Origin: Yuukianura sp. NJ FZ-2021
Lineage: Eukaryota
DNA: 64,000 bases
Assembly: GCA_046563655.1 (NCBI GenBank)
Contig: CM102290.1
Span: 10,788,001 to 10,852,000 of the forward strand
Direction: 5' to 3'
In this document: piece after piece, positions 24,901 to 38,800 of the stretch
Layout of the letters: each line of letters starts with the position of its first letter
Numbering within the stretch: position 1 is the first letter of the stretch
Notes under the pieces: model-generated
What the model saw: the letters and a program-made list of their open reading frames with translations, nothing else
What the model was told of the DNA's origin: nothing
Databases searched by the model: none
Translations under genes and position numbers: made by a program

Positions 24901-27900
24901 TAAACATGGCAAAACCCTTCGGTGAAAATTGAGACATAAATTCAAATTGGTTTAATTTTTGACGCCATTTTTGTCTCAAAAATTTCACCCGTTTTTACAG
25001 TTAAATCCCAAAAGTTCACATTGAGAGGAACGAATGAAACTTTTTTAAATTTATTAGAAAAACATAAACAAATGATTTCCCAATTTTGGCAATAAAGGGG
25101 GGGGGGCGGTTACCTTTGCAAATTTTTCGCAAGGTAGCGCGAATTTCATGCATGATTGATTTTTTGCAAATTGGCAATTGCAATTATCCTTGGAATTGGC
25201 TCAGCCAACTCCACCTTCTCAACAGCATGATCAAAATAATGTTGTAGTATACTAAATTTTTTTGCTTCTTTTTTGTTTGCAAAACAATAAAATTTTTTTT
25301 GCGATTTGTTTCGGTGGGAGATTGGAATGTGAGGAATGTGGTTCCTGTCAAAAAGGGGGAACAATTGCGAATTTTCTCGGCAACAGCATTGGCGAATTGC
25401 AAATAGGTGAAGTGTACGGTGTCTCTACTACTAACGTACAAATGCATAGTATACAAAGACTAAGAGCATGGCAGATTCCGTTATGGAAAGAGAATGCAGA
25501 AAAAGGCGTATGATGACCTCTTTTTTTCGCCCATAGAAAAAAAAACTCTCACTGAGTACCGTTAAGCCTTGTTACACCTTACAAGTCGGCGGGAAAGGAA
25601 TTCCATTTAAGCAAAAGTTGCGCAAAAAACAGGCTTCCATTGTCCCAAGACTTGTTAGAAGACGTTTGTAATTTTTGCAAGTTTGCAAATTTGTCAAGTT
25701 TGCAATAACTTTCCAAAGGGCAGTGGCCTAGGCTGGAAATTTGCACATCTACGGTTTCCCAGCCTCCGAATGTAATATAACAGTTAAGACATGAATCAAC
25801 TGTATCTGCAGATTGCAAATTTTGTAAATTTTTGCAAAACAAAAAAGGTCTTGGGAATCCGCAGCGGGAATCGAAGAAACCGACGCCGTACAACAATAAT
25901 GTACACTAAAAAGTTTAAGTGAGTTTGGTGACGAATAGAAAAAATTAGTACACAAAAAAGCCTTTCTGTTTACGTCAATCAAGTGTAGACAACGGCGAGC
26001 AAAGTCCAAGCATTTTTTTTTTCAAAACCATGGACATATCAACATACACGGAAAACAATGCAGGAAAAACACAACGGCATTGTCAATTGTTTTCAATTTT
26101 TTCTTAAAAAACAGCAAGGCCTTCCCATCTCATTCTTTACTATGCCTCTAAATATCCCAATTCTTTGAATTGAAATTAACCACGTCCGGAATCTGACATC
26201 AAACAATCGACTGTGACGCCTATTTTTGCATTTAGCAATATATTTGCGGTGGATTTCGTCAATTACATGAGAGTTGCAGAGACAGGCTGGCTATTGTGGC
26301 TATTTCTGTCTTTCCTAGGGATCAGGATCTCCGTCATGCATGACGGAGGTTAGAGAACGATAGACTAAAAAAACAGCTGGAAAAAGACGTCACTTTACAC
26401 AAATGCGTCAAAAAATGGCAAATGTTTTGCAAAAACAAATGAGTGGCGACGGAGGAATTTTTGCAAGGCGGAAATTCCTATGCAGGGCATAAATACAATT
26501 TATTGCCAGATACTAAAACTGCACTTTTATTGCAAAAAATACGACGGTTCATCAACAATTCATAAACTTCAAACCGTTATTTTTGGTTTGAATTTGTGTA
26601 GCATTTTTTTTTGGAATTGAACAAATTTTTTGATTTCCAAAAAAAAAGTTTATGACGTACGCACCGCACCTATTGTGTATGAAGTTTCAAAAATTTGGAA
26701 AGCTAAAAATGGAAATTATGAGACTTATACGTAGGCTCACTTTATTAGCCAATCATCTTGAACAGGATATTGAATTCAATCCCAGAAACAACGTATACGC
26801 TTAAAAATGTAGAAAACAATTTTTCTGAAAAAAAAAACTGGAAGAATTTTGATTAAAAAAAAAATCACTTTGCTGTTTCCTTCCAGACTCCGGAAAATTT
26901 TTGGAAATGACGGAGGCAGTTTTCACGCGGATATTTGCAACAAACTAAAAGCGACCTGTGGGAACCGAAGAGATTTTTGCAAAAAAGGAAATCACGTCAT
27001 TTCCAGTACAAAAATTTGCAACTTAAAAACGTGAACGTTTTCGCCAGAAGTCTTGGGAGCCTCACTGACTTTTCCTTCCCATGGTTAATAAACTGCACTC
27101 TGTAAGAGGTACTTACTCGGCGTCTAAGTGTTTGTGCAAATTTGCAAATTTCACAGATTTGCAAATCGTTAAAACTCCGAGTATCCCGCCACCACCATGT
27201 TTTCAATGGGTGCTCATCAATCACAAAGCCCTTATCGTGTCGTACGGTTTTTTTTTGCAAATGTAAACAAAAGTCTGAGTTTCTTCTCGCAGTCAATTGG
27301 AAATGAAAAATATTAAGTGCGTAGCAAGCAACTAAAGAGAGTAACAATAGCAAAACGGATCAACAAACTTTGTAGAAGGGTAAATTTTTTTTTGCAAAAA
27401 ATATGCAAATACAGGGCATTGGCTCTTTTGTTGCCAATTCAGCGCTGCTATATAGACTTCATCAACCTCCTCCAGAAGTTCAAGTGAGAATGTGCAAAAA
27501 AAAGATTCTCAAAAAGGACAAAAGCCCCTCCAAGGACAAAGCAAACCTTCGTGCAACACCAGGGTTGTGAGGAGGATGAGTCTTATGATTGATTTCCATA
27601 GTAGTCAGGTAGTAGAGGAATTAACCGCTGCGGAGTAAAGTGTGCAAATTTTTTGCAGTTTTTTTTTTGCAAATGGGCATATGACTAGTCACGTTGTTTC
27701 TTGGAAGCTTATTGTTAGTTAGCACTTGATAGCTAACGAGAGTTTCGTCTAAATTTGCAAATGTGCGAAAAAACAAATGGTGGACGTAGACAAATAAATA
27801 GACACACTGAGCGGAATTCAGGAAATTTTTGGCAACGGCCGAATCCTCGGCGCCTTCATTCTTACTTACCTTGACTAAGGTTATGTCTCGCCGCTTTTTT

Positions 27901-29389
27901 TAAATTTTTAAAATTCGAGCAAGAACAAGGCTCAATTTTAAATTTAAACCAGAGAAATGAAAGTTGGCAACAAAACTCACGTTTTTAAAACATTAGGCTC
28001 AACATAGACGCTTAGCCATACGCGAGTTACGTAAACACAACCAGCGGAAGGCAGTTTTGTGCTGTTGAAGAATAATTATTGTTACTAACAATAAGTAGAA
28101 ATTATTTAAAGCAGCGGTGAATCCTGTTCACTCTTTATTGTTTACGTAACTTGCAAAATAGTTCTGACCAATTTTGCCAAAAATTTTGGCAGCGGAAGCA
28201 AAGTTCGGAATTCAACACCGCTTCAAACAAAAATCACGAATTGCATTTTTGTGTTGAAATTTTTTTGGCATGAACCCACTCCCAATTAATCCTCATCTCA
28301 AAAGTCTGCAACAGTTAAGTTACTCAAATTTCAAACCCTAGAAACCTAATCTGTCTGGGTTCTTATTTACTCTATTTGTTAAGCTAAACCATAATTTAGT
28401 GCAATTTGCGAAAGTGTGTGTGTGTGCGCGCAAAATTCTTGCTAACCTCCAGACGCCACAAGATTCTCATAAACTAAACTTCAAACCTTACGTCTGCCGT
28501 TAGCATAAGTTTAGCCGATCGTTATTAAATTGGGGGTCTGGATGCAGAGACGCAAAATTCTCCCGAATTTGCAAAATACTTGCAAAATTTTCAAAATACT
28601 TGCAAATTTCTCTTTTTTTTTAATTTGCAAAATAGCTTCCTCCACTTCTGTGTGTGTAGAGCACGACTTAATGCTCCAAATGAGAAGCGTGTGCGTGGGC
28701 AAAGTTTTTTTTTGCAAAGGCGTTTTGCAAATTCGGTGGCATGTGAAGTTAGTCCTTACTAAAGCTGTGCACTGGAAGCTGCTCCGAGTTGGCGTTGGGT
28801 CTTCCCTGCACAGAAACGGAAGCATATGGACCAGACAATTGCAAAATCTTCGTGTCTGCTCTTATTTCACCCACCCACACACGCGTCAAGGTCCTTTGCC
28901 AAATAATTCTCGTTTGCCATTTTCCCCAACATACAAATGACAATTGGCAAACTGAAAAAGACACACATACATGCTCATACAGAGTCCTCAGACCTCGTTT
29001 TTTCTGTGTTCGTGTTTCACTGGTATTCAGAATACAGATTCCGTCCAACTTTTGAATACTTCCGGGTTGTCATCATGAGCCAAAAAACAGCCTCCGTGTA
29101 GCAATTCCCAGTTGTTTGTTATTTCCCTGGCCTTCCAGAACGTGCGGACTCATCAAACGTTTCGCAAAAATGAAATTTTGACAGACAATTTGAATTTACT
29201 GCATGGGATTTCTGCGTTACGCTTAGAATTATTTCCGTTCAATTTTTTCAGGCGAATTTTGTAGGCGAGTATTTGCTTATACCTTGAAAACTGGCATAAC
29301 TGCATTTCTAAATTTTTCACCTTCTTCAGCAATTTGGTGAAAAAAAAAGCACTTCCAAAACGTTGATAAAAATAGAAAAAGAAATCAAA

Positions 29390-30330
29390 TTTTCAAAATT
29401 TGACAAAACGTTTGATGTTTGATTTTAGAGTTTTCAAAATTTCTAAAATTTCTTCATATTTGTTGAAACTTTTTCGCGAAGAGATTTGGTCTCTAACGCT
29501 TTCCGTTGCCGAGATATAAATTTTCAAAATTTTGTTTTAATTTTCAAAAACTTTAAAAATTCATATCTTGGGAACGGAAGGTGATAGAGAGGTAAACTCT
29601 TCACTCCTGAATTCACAAAAATATGGAGTATTTTTAGAAATTTTAAAAAGGTACCCGCAGATTTTGACCAAATTTCGAAAAAATCCATGGACTATAGTCC
29701 ATGGCTTTTTTTCAAAATTTGACGAAAAACTTGATGTTCGATTTTGGAGTTTTCATAATTTCTAAAAATTCTTCATGTTTTTTGAAAGTCTCTCGCGAAG
29801 AGATTAGGTCTCTATCGCATTCCGTTCTCGAGATATAAATTTTCAAAATTTCATTTTAATTTTCAAAATCTTTCAAAATTCATAACTCGGGAACGGAAAG
29901 CGATAGAAAGGTAAACTCTTCGCCCCTGAATTCACAAAAATATATAGTATTTTTAGAAAATATAAAAAGGTACCCTTAGATTTTGACCAAATTTCACAAA
30001 AATCCATGGACTATGTCCATGGTTTTTTTTTCAAAATTTCACGAAAAACTTGATGTTCGATTTTGGAGTTTTCAATATTCCTAAAAATTCTTCATATTTT
30101 TTAAAAGTTTTTCGTGAAGAGATAAGGTCTCTAACGCTTTCCGTTGCCGAGATATAAATTTTCAAAGTATTATTTGAATTTTCAAAAACTGAAAATTCAT
30201 TTCTCGGGAACGAAAGGTGATAGAGAGGTACACTCTTCGTTCCTGAAATCACAAAAATATGGAGTTTTTTTAGAAATTTTATAAATGTACCCTCAAATTT
30301 TGACGCAATTTTGAAAAAAAATACAATGAG
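29390..30330. repeat. Palindromic tandem repeat (satellite or MITE-derived), ~3 x 319 bp
   Basis: Three aligned units, with TTCAAAATTT(G/C)AC at ~29392, ~29711 and ~30030. Junction palindromes CCATGGACTATAGTCCATGG (29685-29704) and CCATGGACTATGTCCATGG (30004-30022) are 319 bp apart. Each unit has internal 33-bp inverted arms (e.g. 29811-29843 vs 29875-29907, 4 mismatches). Confidence 0.9.
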
Positions 30331-30844
30331 CTATAGTTGTTTTCATATGGGATTAATCTGGCATTAAGAAAAAAAGTTTGAGAATTAATTCATTCAAATG
30401 TGGCCACTTTTTCTATCAACTTTTTCCTCACTCCAGTCTTACCTTTTCGATTTTAGAAATTTTCAAAAAATTCAATTTTGCACCGATTTCAGTCATTCCT
30501 TTTGTCGAGGCTCTACTCTTTTCACGTAAAATCTCAAACGCTCACCCTCAAAAATTCTAAATCTTCATGAACGCTTTTCACTCACTCCTTCGAGACTCCG
30601 CATTTTGGTGTGGTTTTAGGAGTTTAAACTTCCATACAAATAAATCTAAGGTCGACTTTGTAATTAAAATTCCTATTTTTTTTTCTCAAAAGATGATAAC
30701 TGTGACCTAGAAAATCAAGTTCCGTAAATACTCTAAAAAAATGCAAGATCTTTAACAACTACACGGCAGGAAAGCAGCTGCAGGTCACCAAGTTGGACTT
30801 TATCCAAAACTCCTGACATTAACAAAACGTAAAATTTTCAAGAT

Positions 30845-32392
30845 TTTATTTTATTTTTAATTAACACGCCCCAATTCTTTCACGACGCAAAGTCCACTAT
30901 GCGCTACAAATAAATTCAACGCACAAACAACATCGTAGTTTCAATTCTCAACTGTTATTCTTCCACTTTTATTCTGCATATATTGCATTGCTCGGTTTCT
31001 TTCAATTATTGAATAGTTTAGTAATTACTTGTTTAAATAACTCAAATTTAAATTTAAATTCCCCCGCCGCAACTAACTTCCAATAAATCCAATTATTATA
31101 ACAAATTTTTGTTTACTCTTAAGCCCTATTTTCATTTAACTTTTCCTTTCCCCTCAAAAATGATCATGCTACACAACAGTCAAAAAGTGTTCTACTTTTT
31201 CTTATACATTTTAAGCCCTATGCGTAGCAGTATAGCTTTTAAGCAATCCTCTCCTGCTCTCACTCTTCCTCCTCTGTTCTAAATATAAATTAAGTTCACT
31301 TTTTTAATACAAAATAAATTCTGGAAGTACAATGCAAAAAACAAACAAAAAAGTGTGTTCCCCTTAAACTTATTTTCTCTTTTCAAAGAAAAGTTTCTAT
31401 CCAAAAGAAGAGAAAACGTAAACTGTTCTTAACTTTTTTAAAGTAACAGAGTCAAATATTACACGTTTTAATTTCTTTTTTCTTAACTTACGTTAGTTCC
31501 TAACAGTACACAGATTTTAGTTAGTTGTAGGGCGCAGGTTTTACAAAATACAAAGTGTAATTGAGGATGATGAAAGTTAAGTCTACTGTTACGCTTTTTT
31601 TCTTACTCAAGAGACAGAGAAAGGAGAAAGAACTTTCTGTTTGCTGTTGCTTTTCACGCTTATTATAGTTTAACTCTAGTTATGATTTAATTATTAATTT
31701 TTAACTACAACAACGGTTGGGTATAAAAAATCGTTTTAATCAGTTTTTTCTTAAGTTGTCGCTAAATGACGACAACGGCGCGCGCTTAAGTCCTAAACAG
31801 TTCAGTACAAATACAATGAAATAAATTAAGCCGTTTCACCTAACATTATCTAAGAGTTTCAAAAACTCAAGGCATTAGAGTTTGGAAGAAGGTTGACTTT
31901 TCAACAGAAATCAGAAACGCGCTTCATCAATCGCTTCTTCCTCACTCCACCTTGTAGTTCTTAGGCTCCAAGCGCTTAGTTTTACAGCGCCAAAAACAAA
32001 AAAAGTCTTTTAAATCTTATATTTTATATGCAAAAACCGTTTCAATTCCAAGTACAAAAATTGTTTTTCTGAAAAGGGAAAAAGTTCCTTCTCTCCTTGC
32101 CGCTCTCTGTTTAGTTGAGAAGCGTTCTTAAACCCTTATCTGAATATAATAATGTTACCTTCTAAAATATATAAATTATTAGTGTTACAGTAAATGATTC
32201 GTCTAATTAGACGCTAAGGTAGGAATATTTGATACTCGTTAGTTCACCTGACTTGAAGTGTCAAAAAAACTTCTGGAGTCGGATGTTCTGGATTTGTCCT
32301 TAATGGGTTCGGAGCAGGTTTTCCGGAGGGTGTATATTAATAGGGGGACGAACAAACTCGAGAATCCAGGCCGGAAGCCGAGTGCTGCCGAG
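30845..32392 (-). other. Probable long AU-rich 3' UTR of the Pim kinase gene
   Basis: AT-rich, ORF-free stretch directly after the TAA. Tandem minus-strand AATAAA hexamers at 30845-30855. The end position is inferred. Confidence 0.5.
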
Positions 32393-32808
32393 TTACGTTA
32401 CGGGAAGTTGCGCTGTTGTCTTATGCAGGAGGTCACCGCAGTGAGCCACAACAGCAGAGCTGACCATGAACCCGTCATTGAGGAGCATCGAGGACTTACA
32501 GGCTTGATTCAGTTGGTTTGACGCAGAGGATGAGGACGACGAAGAGGCTGACGAAGGTGAGCTGGCTGAACTGGCACTTGTAGTTGAGGATGAGCCGGAC
32601 TCAGTACTATTGGAACTACTGCCGCTACTACTACTGCCAGCTCCTTCTCCAGGTGACGAGATCCCTTCACCACTTCCAGGTCCGGATCCTCCAGAACTTG
32701 GACTTGGTTTCAACTGAATTGACATCCAGCTATGATTCATGATCGTTTCCAGGCTAGGTCTATCCGATGGTCTTACTTTTAAACAGGAACGTATCAAGTC
32801 TTTACATT
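32393..32808 (-). CDS. pim: Pim kinase last coding exon (subdomain XI plus Ser/Gly-rich tail)
   Basis: Acceptor tttttgcag; (E)[28 protein letters not shown] ... QLPVT*; TAA at 32393-32395. Confidence 0.92.
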
Positions 32809-35800
32809 CTGCAAAAAGAAATAAAAAAAATTGATTAATTATAAAATTAAAGATTTTCCAAAAAAAAAAAAATTGAGGGTGGAGCGTGAATCTAATCAAT
32901 CAGTTTCTGCGTGCAACTCAACCTAACCTAGCCACTAGTCGCTTCCTGATCTATGTACCACAGAATCCCATTCCAAAAAAATGCTCGTGTCAAAAAAATT
33001 CATCCTCGTGAAAATTCTCTTCCTCTTATGCCCTATGGACCGAATTATGAAAATTGCAAAAGACTTAAACGGGACCACTGTTTTGGTTAGCATTTAATGA
33101 TGCGTAATGATGGGGAATCAAGGTAAAACAGAAATTTGCGCAGCGCATGCGCCTCTTACTTCCTCTCCTTGAAACTTAATTGAAATCACAAGGGAGCCAA
33201 AGTATAATAGGATGCATTAGAGGTCTATTGTCGTCCTAGCGTGACACGACTTGGACTCTAGTTCCTCGTGTTTCATCAAAAACCAATTGTAGTCAATTAA
33301 CTAGCTTAGCAAAAATCCAAAGTCCCTCACCTTGGCTCAGTGATGTTCTAAACACAACTTCGGCTCTTAGGATTTGTTCGTCTTTTTCAAAAGGAATGTC
33401 TCCACAGACCATGTCGAATAGGAGGATTCCAAGGGACCAGACGGTAGCTGTTCGGCCATGGTACTTGCCCATTCGGATCCATTCGGGTGGAGCATAAACT
33501 CTTGTTCCTGTGTTCAAACAAAAATAAAATCACAATTAGGTCAATTGCTAAGTCTCAATTAATTGTAAAATCTTAATTACCAATTGCCATAAGCATCAAG
33601 CAAGCAAAGTAGGAGGGTAGAGAAGCAAGGTAGGGTAGAGGACTAAAAAAATTAACGTTCATTTTCAATTTTCTAAAATTTAAAAAAAAGCGGGAAAGGA
33701 GAAGTCCATGGGAACTCCACAGGTAACGCTCCAAGATCTCATTCAAACTTCCCTCCATGCTCCAATTTTCCGTCCATTCAAAAGCGTCTTCCAGAAGGGA
33801 ATTGGAAAAGGACGCGCCAAAAGACAATGGAGGGGCCTTTTTCTTTTTTTTTTCTTTTTCCAGAAGCGGGAATCGAACCTACAGCCCCCTTCTCAAGGGA
33901 CCCATTTCTCAAAGAGGAGGGAAAAATCTAAACCCGCTGTCATCCGGGACCCTTCTGATTTCCTTTCAACTTTTTTCAAAAGCCGATGGAATGTCAGGGT
34001 TTTTGGTTCGGATTCGGAGGGGACCCTTAGTCAAACAATATGAAAGAGCAGGGGAGCCCTTCATAACCTGAAACTAGGAGGGGTACTTGAACCAGACCAA
34101 TCTTAAGTCTACCTCGAAGGTCAGTTCCTCTTCCCTACCGCAGTGGTTTGTCAAGGAATTCGGCTGAGATTTTACCAAATTCCACTGGGATTAGATTGAA
34201 ACTCTCGCATTCCTCAGAGATTTTAGGTACAAATGCCCATTTTCGTGCAATGTAGGGTTCCACTTACAGCGTTTTAAGGTTATGCCAAACCTAAAACCTA
34301 ACCAGAGCTCTACTTATCATTTCCAACCTAATCAAAAATCAAAAGGAGTCCATGGTCACTACTACCAAGTAATGCAAGGGCACATGCTCCTGAATACTCC
34401 AAAAAAGCTTCATTTACTACCAAACTACGTTAGATTTACTCCCACTTGCCATTTCATTTCGATTTCCAATTCCATCAGCCAATTACTGTGTTCGCAAATT
34501 TTACAAGCCTAACCGCTTTTGCCAGGTTTCCCCTGACGCTACTAACGCTTCAAACAACATTTCCCGCCAAATCCAAAAAACCACAACCATTGTTTACTCC
34601 TACACAACTCATAATCATTGTTTACAAATCTTCACTACTGCCACATACCCTAACCTACTTTCCAACAAACAATCAAAATCTAACAACACATTCATCAATT
34701 CCCCTTAAATTCATCTGTTTGCTCTATTTTTTTCAAATCCAAATCTTCCCGCTCATTTTCAAAAAATGGCTTTTAGGATCTTCTATTACACTATCTCTTA
34801 CTCCACTTCAAACTAACAATTCAAAAACTATAGTAAAGAGGTGTGGCGGACTGGAGGTATCGATTGCAGTTACAAGTGGCACACAGGTCAAACAATCCTA
34901 CCATATCAGTTGTCTGCAAAAAGAGCCAGACAAAAAAGTTGACGTTGTCCCAGAATCTCTAACAATTGAAATGAACGTGTCTGAAGAACATAACTCTCCA
35001 GAGAAGCCCACAAAATGTTAGGCTAGGCGAGTTACCCTGACTAAACTCCAGTCGTCTGTGCATGAAGAGTCAAGGTCGGTTACAAAACAGCACAGAAATG
35101 TTGTGAAAGAGTCATTGGAGTCAAAAGTTGTTTTAACTTTAGAAAAAAGTCTTAAAATTTTCACCAACCAAGAAACAACCTTTAAAAAATACCAAATTTC
35201 AGGTTAATAATCACCGGTTGTGAGAAAATTTCGTCTACTTTTTAACCTTGACTCGTCTTAGGTTCGGTGACCTTCGTCATAGCCTCACTCTGGCCTTGCC
35301 TGACCACGACTCCGCCAACTGTCAAAAAGTGGTTTCAAGTTCAAAATTTAAATGCAAAAGTTCAGTTTGAGTCGAAATTGCGACTCCCAGCAGGAGATTT
35401 TGAACGAAAAAACTTTTTCCAACTCTTGAAATTTCAGAAACAATTTTATTCTTTATATTAAAATTTCCTCTTTTTTTGAATCATATTAAAACGGATGTTC
35501 GAAAATCCGAAAAGTTTAGATTAAAAAAAGATGACATCAAATCAAGTTTTTGCCTCCTGTCTTGTCACACTTGTCGTCTTCCGCGTCTTACTTCAAAAAA
35601 ACACATTCTCAAAAAGTTACGGAACTCTGATCAAGAATATTAAGTTTCATTTTTTTTTAAAAAGAAGTTTTGAAAAGGAGGTGACTCCTGTTACAAATAC
35701 TACTAAACTAAATTAATGAACTTGATTTTCACTTAAACTCATAACGAAACCAAAACAGTTAAGTCTTAATTCTCCTCCGTTACGTTTCTCATCCAAAGCA

Positions 35801-38800
35801 GTTATTATGTAGTGCGCAGTAGCATAATTCGAGCTCATGCGCAGTCAACCATTTCAGTTCTACCGGACAAACACACACTTTAATGAGAACCAAAAGTAGA
35901 CTTGAGGTCATCAAACTCCCTCACCTAACCGTCTACCTTCAAACCTTCCCGTGTCGAGCCAGAGCCAATTTCAGCAATAAATTTCAAAAGTTCCCACCAC
36001 TTTTGCCATTTCAAAAAAAGTTCCCACCGCCCCCATTTTTCATTCATTCAAAACTGCCGGAAGGGACATTCAATTCCACTGAAGAAAAACAACAGACGTT
36101 TTTTTTCGCGCTTTTCTTTTTGAAACGGCCGAGATTTTCCTCGATCGCGTCTCGCGAGAGAACCAATTTCATAAAAACGAGTTCTCACCTTTTGCAAATC
36201 ACAATAAACAAAAGTTGAGCAAAATTTAAACCAAAACAAAAACATTTTGGCGTGTGTGCAGACTACTGCTTTTCTTTTATACTCATAAATTACATTCTTT
36301 GTACCTTTCCAATTTTTTTTTTCTATTCCGTGACCTAGTAGGCCCTACTTTCTCTTGACAAGTGAACAAAAGGTCATAAAGATCACAAGAATTCGGGCGG
36401 AACTTTAACGTACTAAACACTAACGGCCTTCACCTAGTTTCGAAATATAATTTCAAAATTTCAAGGAAATCGATACTAGACTTATGCGCATACTCAGAGT
36501 TCAAAATATAAAATGCAGACGCATGCCGCCACCCCTAAAAATACACAACTTCCTCAACTTCCAAGATCATGTTAACTTATTTTTGTCCATAAAAATAATC
36601 TTACCACTTACTATTTATAAGGATTCTATTAAAAATCGTTTTGGAAGGGAATTAGGTCAAGACGTGAGTAGATTTTGAATGTTTCTCAATGGAGGTATGT
36701 ACTAAGGTTGGAAGGAAACTGTTTTTAAAGCCCGCCCGCCTAAATTTAAATTTGGAAAACACAAATCTCCCTCTCCATGATCCTTGAATTCAAAATTAGT
36801 CTTATCCACACTTTTTAAAAAACTTGTACAAAACAAACCAAAAAGTGTCACAAGATTCGATCACACTTTGCCTTCCAAAGGTTACTTTTGTTAACCTAGC
36901 CTTTTGTAGTCAACTTCTTGTCAACCTTCTGGCTCGTGGACTCTGAACATCAACATAAAAGTCAACTTCATCTCCAGGGAGCAACAGGTTGCCCTATAGT
37001 GACCTATGCCAACAAAACTCCTAAATCTCGCAGTTTCCATTTCTTTTTCCAGAACATCAGGATCTTGTTACCAAATCCAAAGACCTTGTTATTTTCAAAT
37101 TTCAAAAATCATAGTTCAAAATCACTTCCGCCTTACGTCATTCACCTCCAACCCATCTCAACTATCCTAACGAGCCAACTTACTTAAGTTAATGATAGTC
37201 GATTAAGATCAAATCACCATCCCTCATGAACTCCACAACTCTCAAATTGCTTTTAACTAGTCTAAACATACTGTTAACCAAACTATTAAACTAACAACAC
37301 TCTCCCACGAATACCAGGATTTCCTAATTCCCAGACTCCATCGATTCTATAAATCTAATCAAATCCTGCATTCGTAAAAACCAAGGTTAAAAAGGTACTA
37401 GCTCAACAGGAAAACTTCATTTTACCATTCCCAATCCAATCAAATTACGAAACTACACTCACACACAAAAACATCGCTTTTCAGTTTGGACTTTTGAAAA
37501 ATCCCGTGCACGTTCCATTTTTCACTCGAAAATCCCCAAATTACAACTTTCACACACTTTTTTTTTTAGCACAAGGACGTCAATCAACAAACAGGAGAGT
37601 ACCTATAACATTACATCTCCCATCATCATCATCCATCAGTTAAAAGTACTTCTCAAAAAGTCAATTGTTCTGCTCCCAAATTCCCCTCATAAAGGAAACA
37701 TTAACCGTCATGTGACAACAATGAAAAAATTCCTCTAAATACTTTTAACTACCATCATAATCCCACATTTCGCAAACTGTTGGAAAAATGGAAGAAAAAA
37801 TTCCAAATCATAATTGTTACCTGTTATTTTTCCAAGAAAACCTCCATTACGCCATTATTTCATTTAACTGTTCCCATATAGCAACTCATACTTTCCTATG
37901 CTACTAGTCAACAAAACAAAAACGTTATTGCAAGTACATCCCCCTCCATTGTTGTCAATTTACTCAGAAGTGATTTCGTCCAACACAAAAATCCCACCAA
38001 CGTCCAAAGGAATTTCCCCATTTCAACCAAAATTTCGAAAAATTGCAAAAACACTCAACAGCCAAAACGACCTCGTAACAAAACTCTCACTTGCCTTTTT
38101 TCTGCTCATGCGCACCACCACAGGCGTAGTCGTGTAACTTTTCAACCATTTTGAGAAATTCGTAACCTCCTTTCATTCAATTCACAAAAAAGCAAACGTT
38201 TTTTCGTCATTTTCAATCGAAAGCTTTCATTGATTTTTGCCAAAACTTGAGTTCTTGGAAACAAAAAACGTTTTCTCGCCGTTCGCACTCTAAAAGCTCA
38301 TTATAATTTTTTCATTCAATTTTTTCCAAATACTCAACTTTTATTTAGTTTTGCGAAAACGTTTTTCACCATTTTTTGGCAAAAACGTTTTTCAATTGAC
38401 AGGAAGAGGCTCAACATGCAACTTGGACGTAAACAATGGACTCAACTGAGTTTGCCAATTTTGCAACCTGTGGAGAATGACCCTGACGCTTCACGTCGAC
38501 GGCATGACGTTTGCAAAAACTTTGAAAATATATGCTCAATCCTATCTGTGCGAAAAATTCACGTTTTGATTCTCTCCTTTTTTGCATCATGCATCATCAT
38601 CCCGTGCCAGAGCACCAAAAAGTTCTTTATAGTAGATAAATAAACATTGTGCAAAAACTCTTGATGTAATTTTAACTCCACTTTACTTCAGAATCTTCCC
38701 ACCAAACTAAAAAGCTATCCCAACTCGTGACCTTTACTTTAAAAAGCGAAAACCGTACAATATGGTAGAAATAGAAATTTACAACTACGTTTGACCTCAT

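Noticed and set aside
25262..25513. 83-aa plus ORF with CEECGSC
   Set aside because: No ATG start or convincing splice partners, and no family recognised.
34446..35021. 191-aa plus ORF inside a Pim intron
   Set aside because: Non-ATG start, intron-like composition and no domain; likely a chance frame from strand-skewed sequence.
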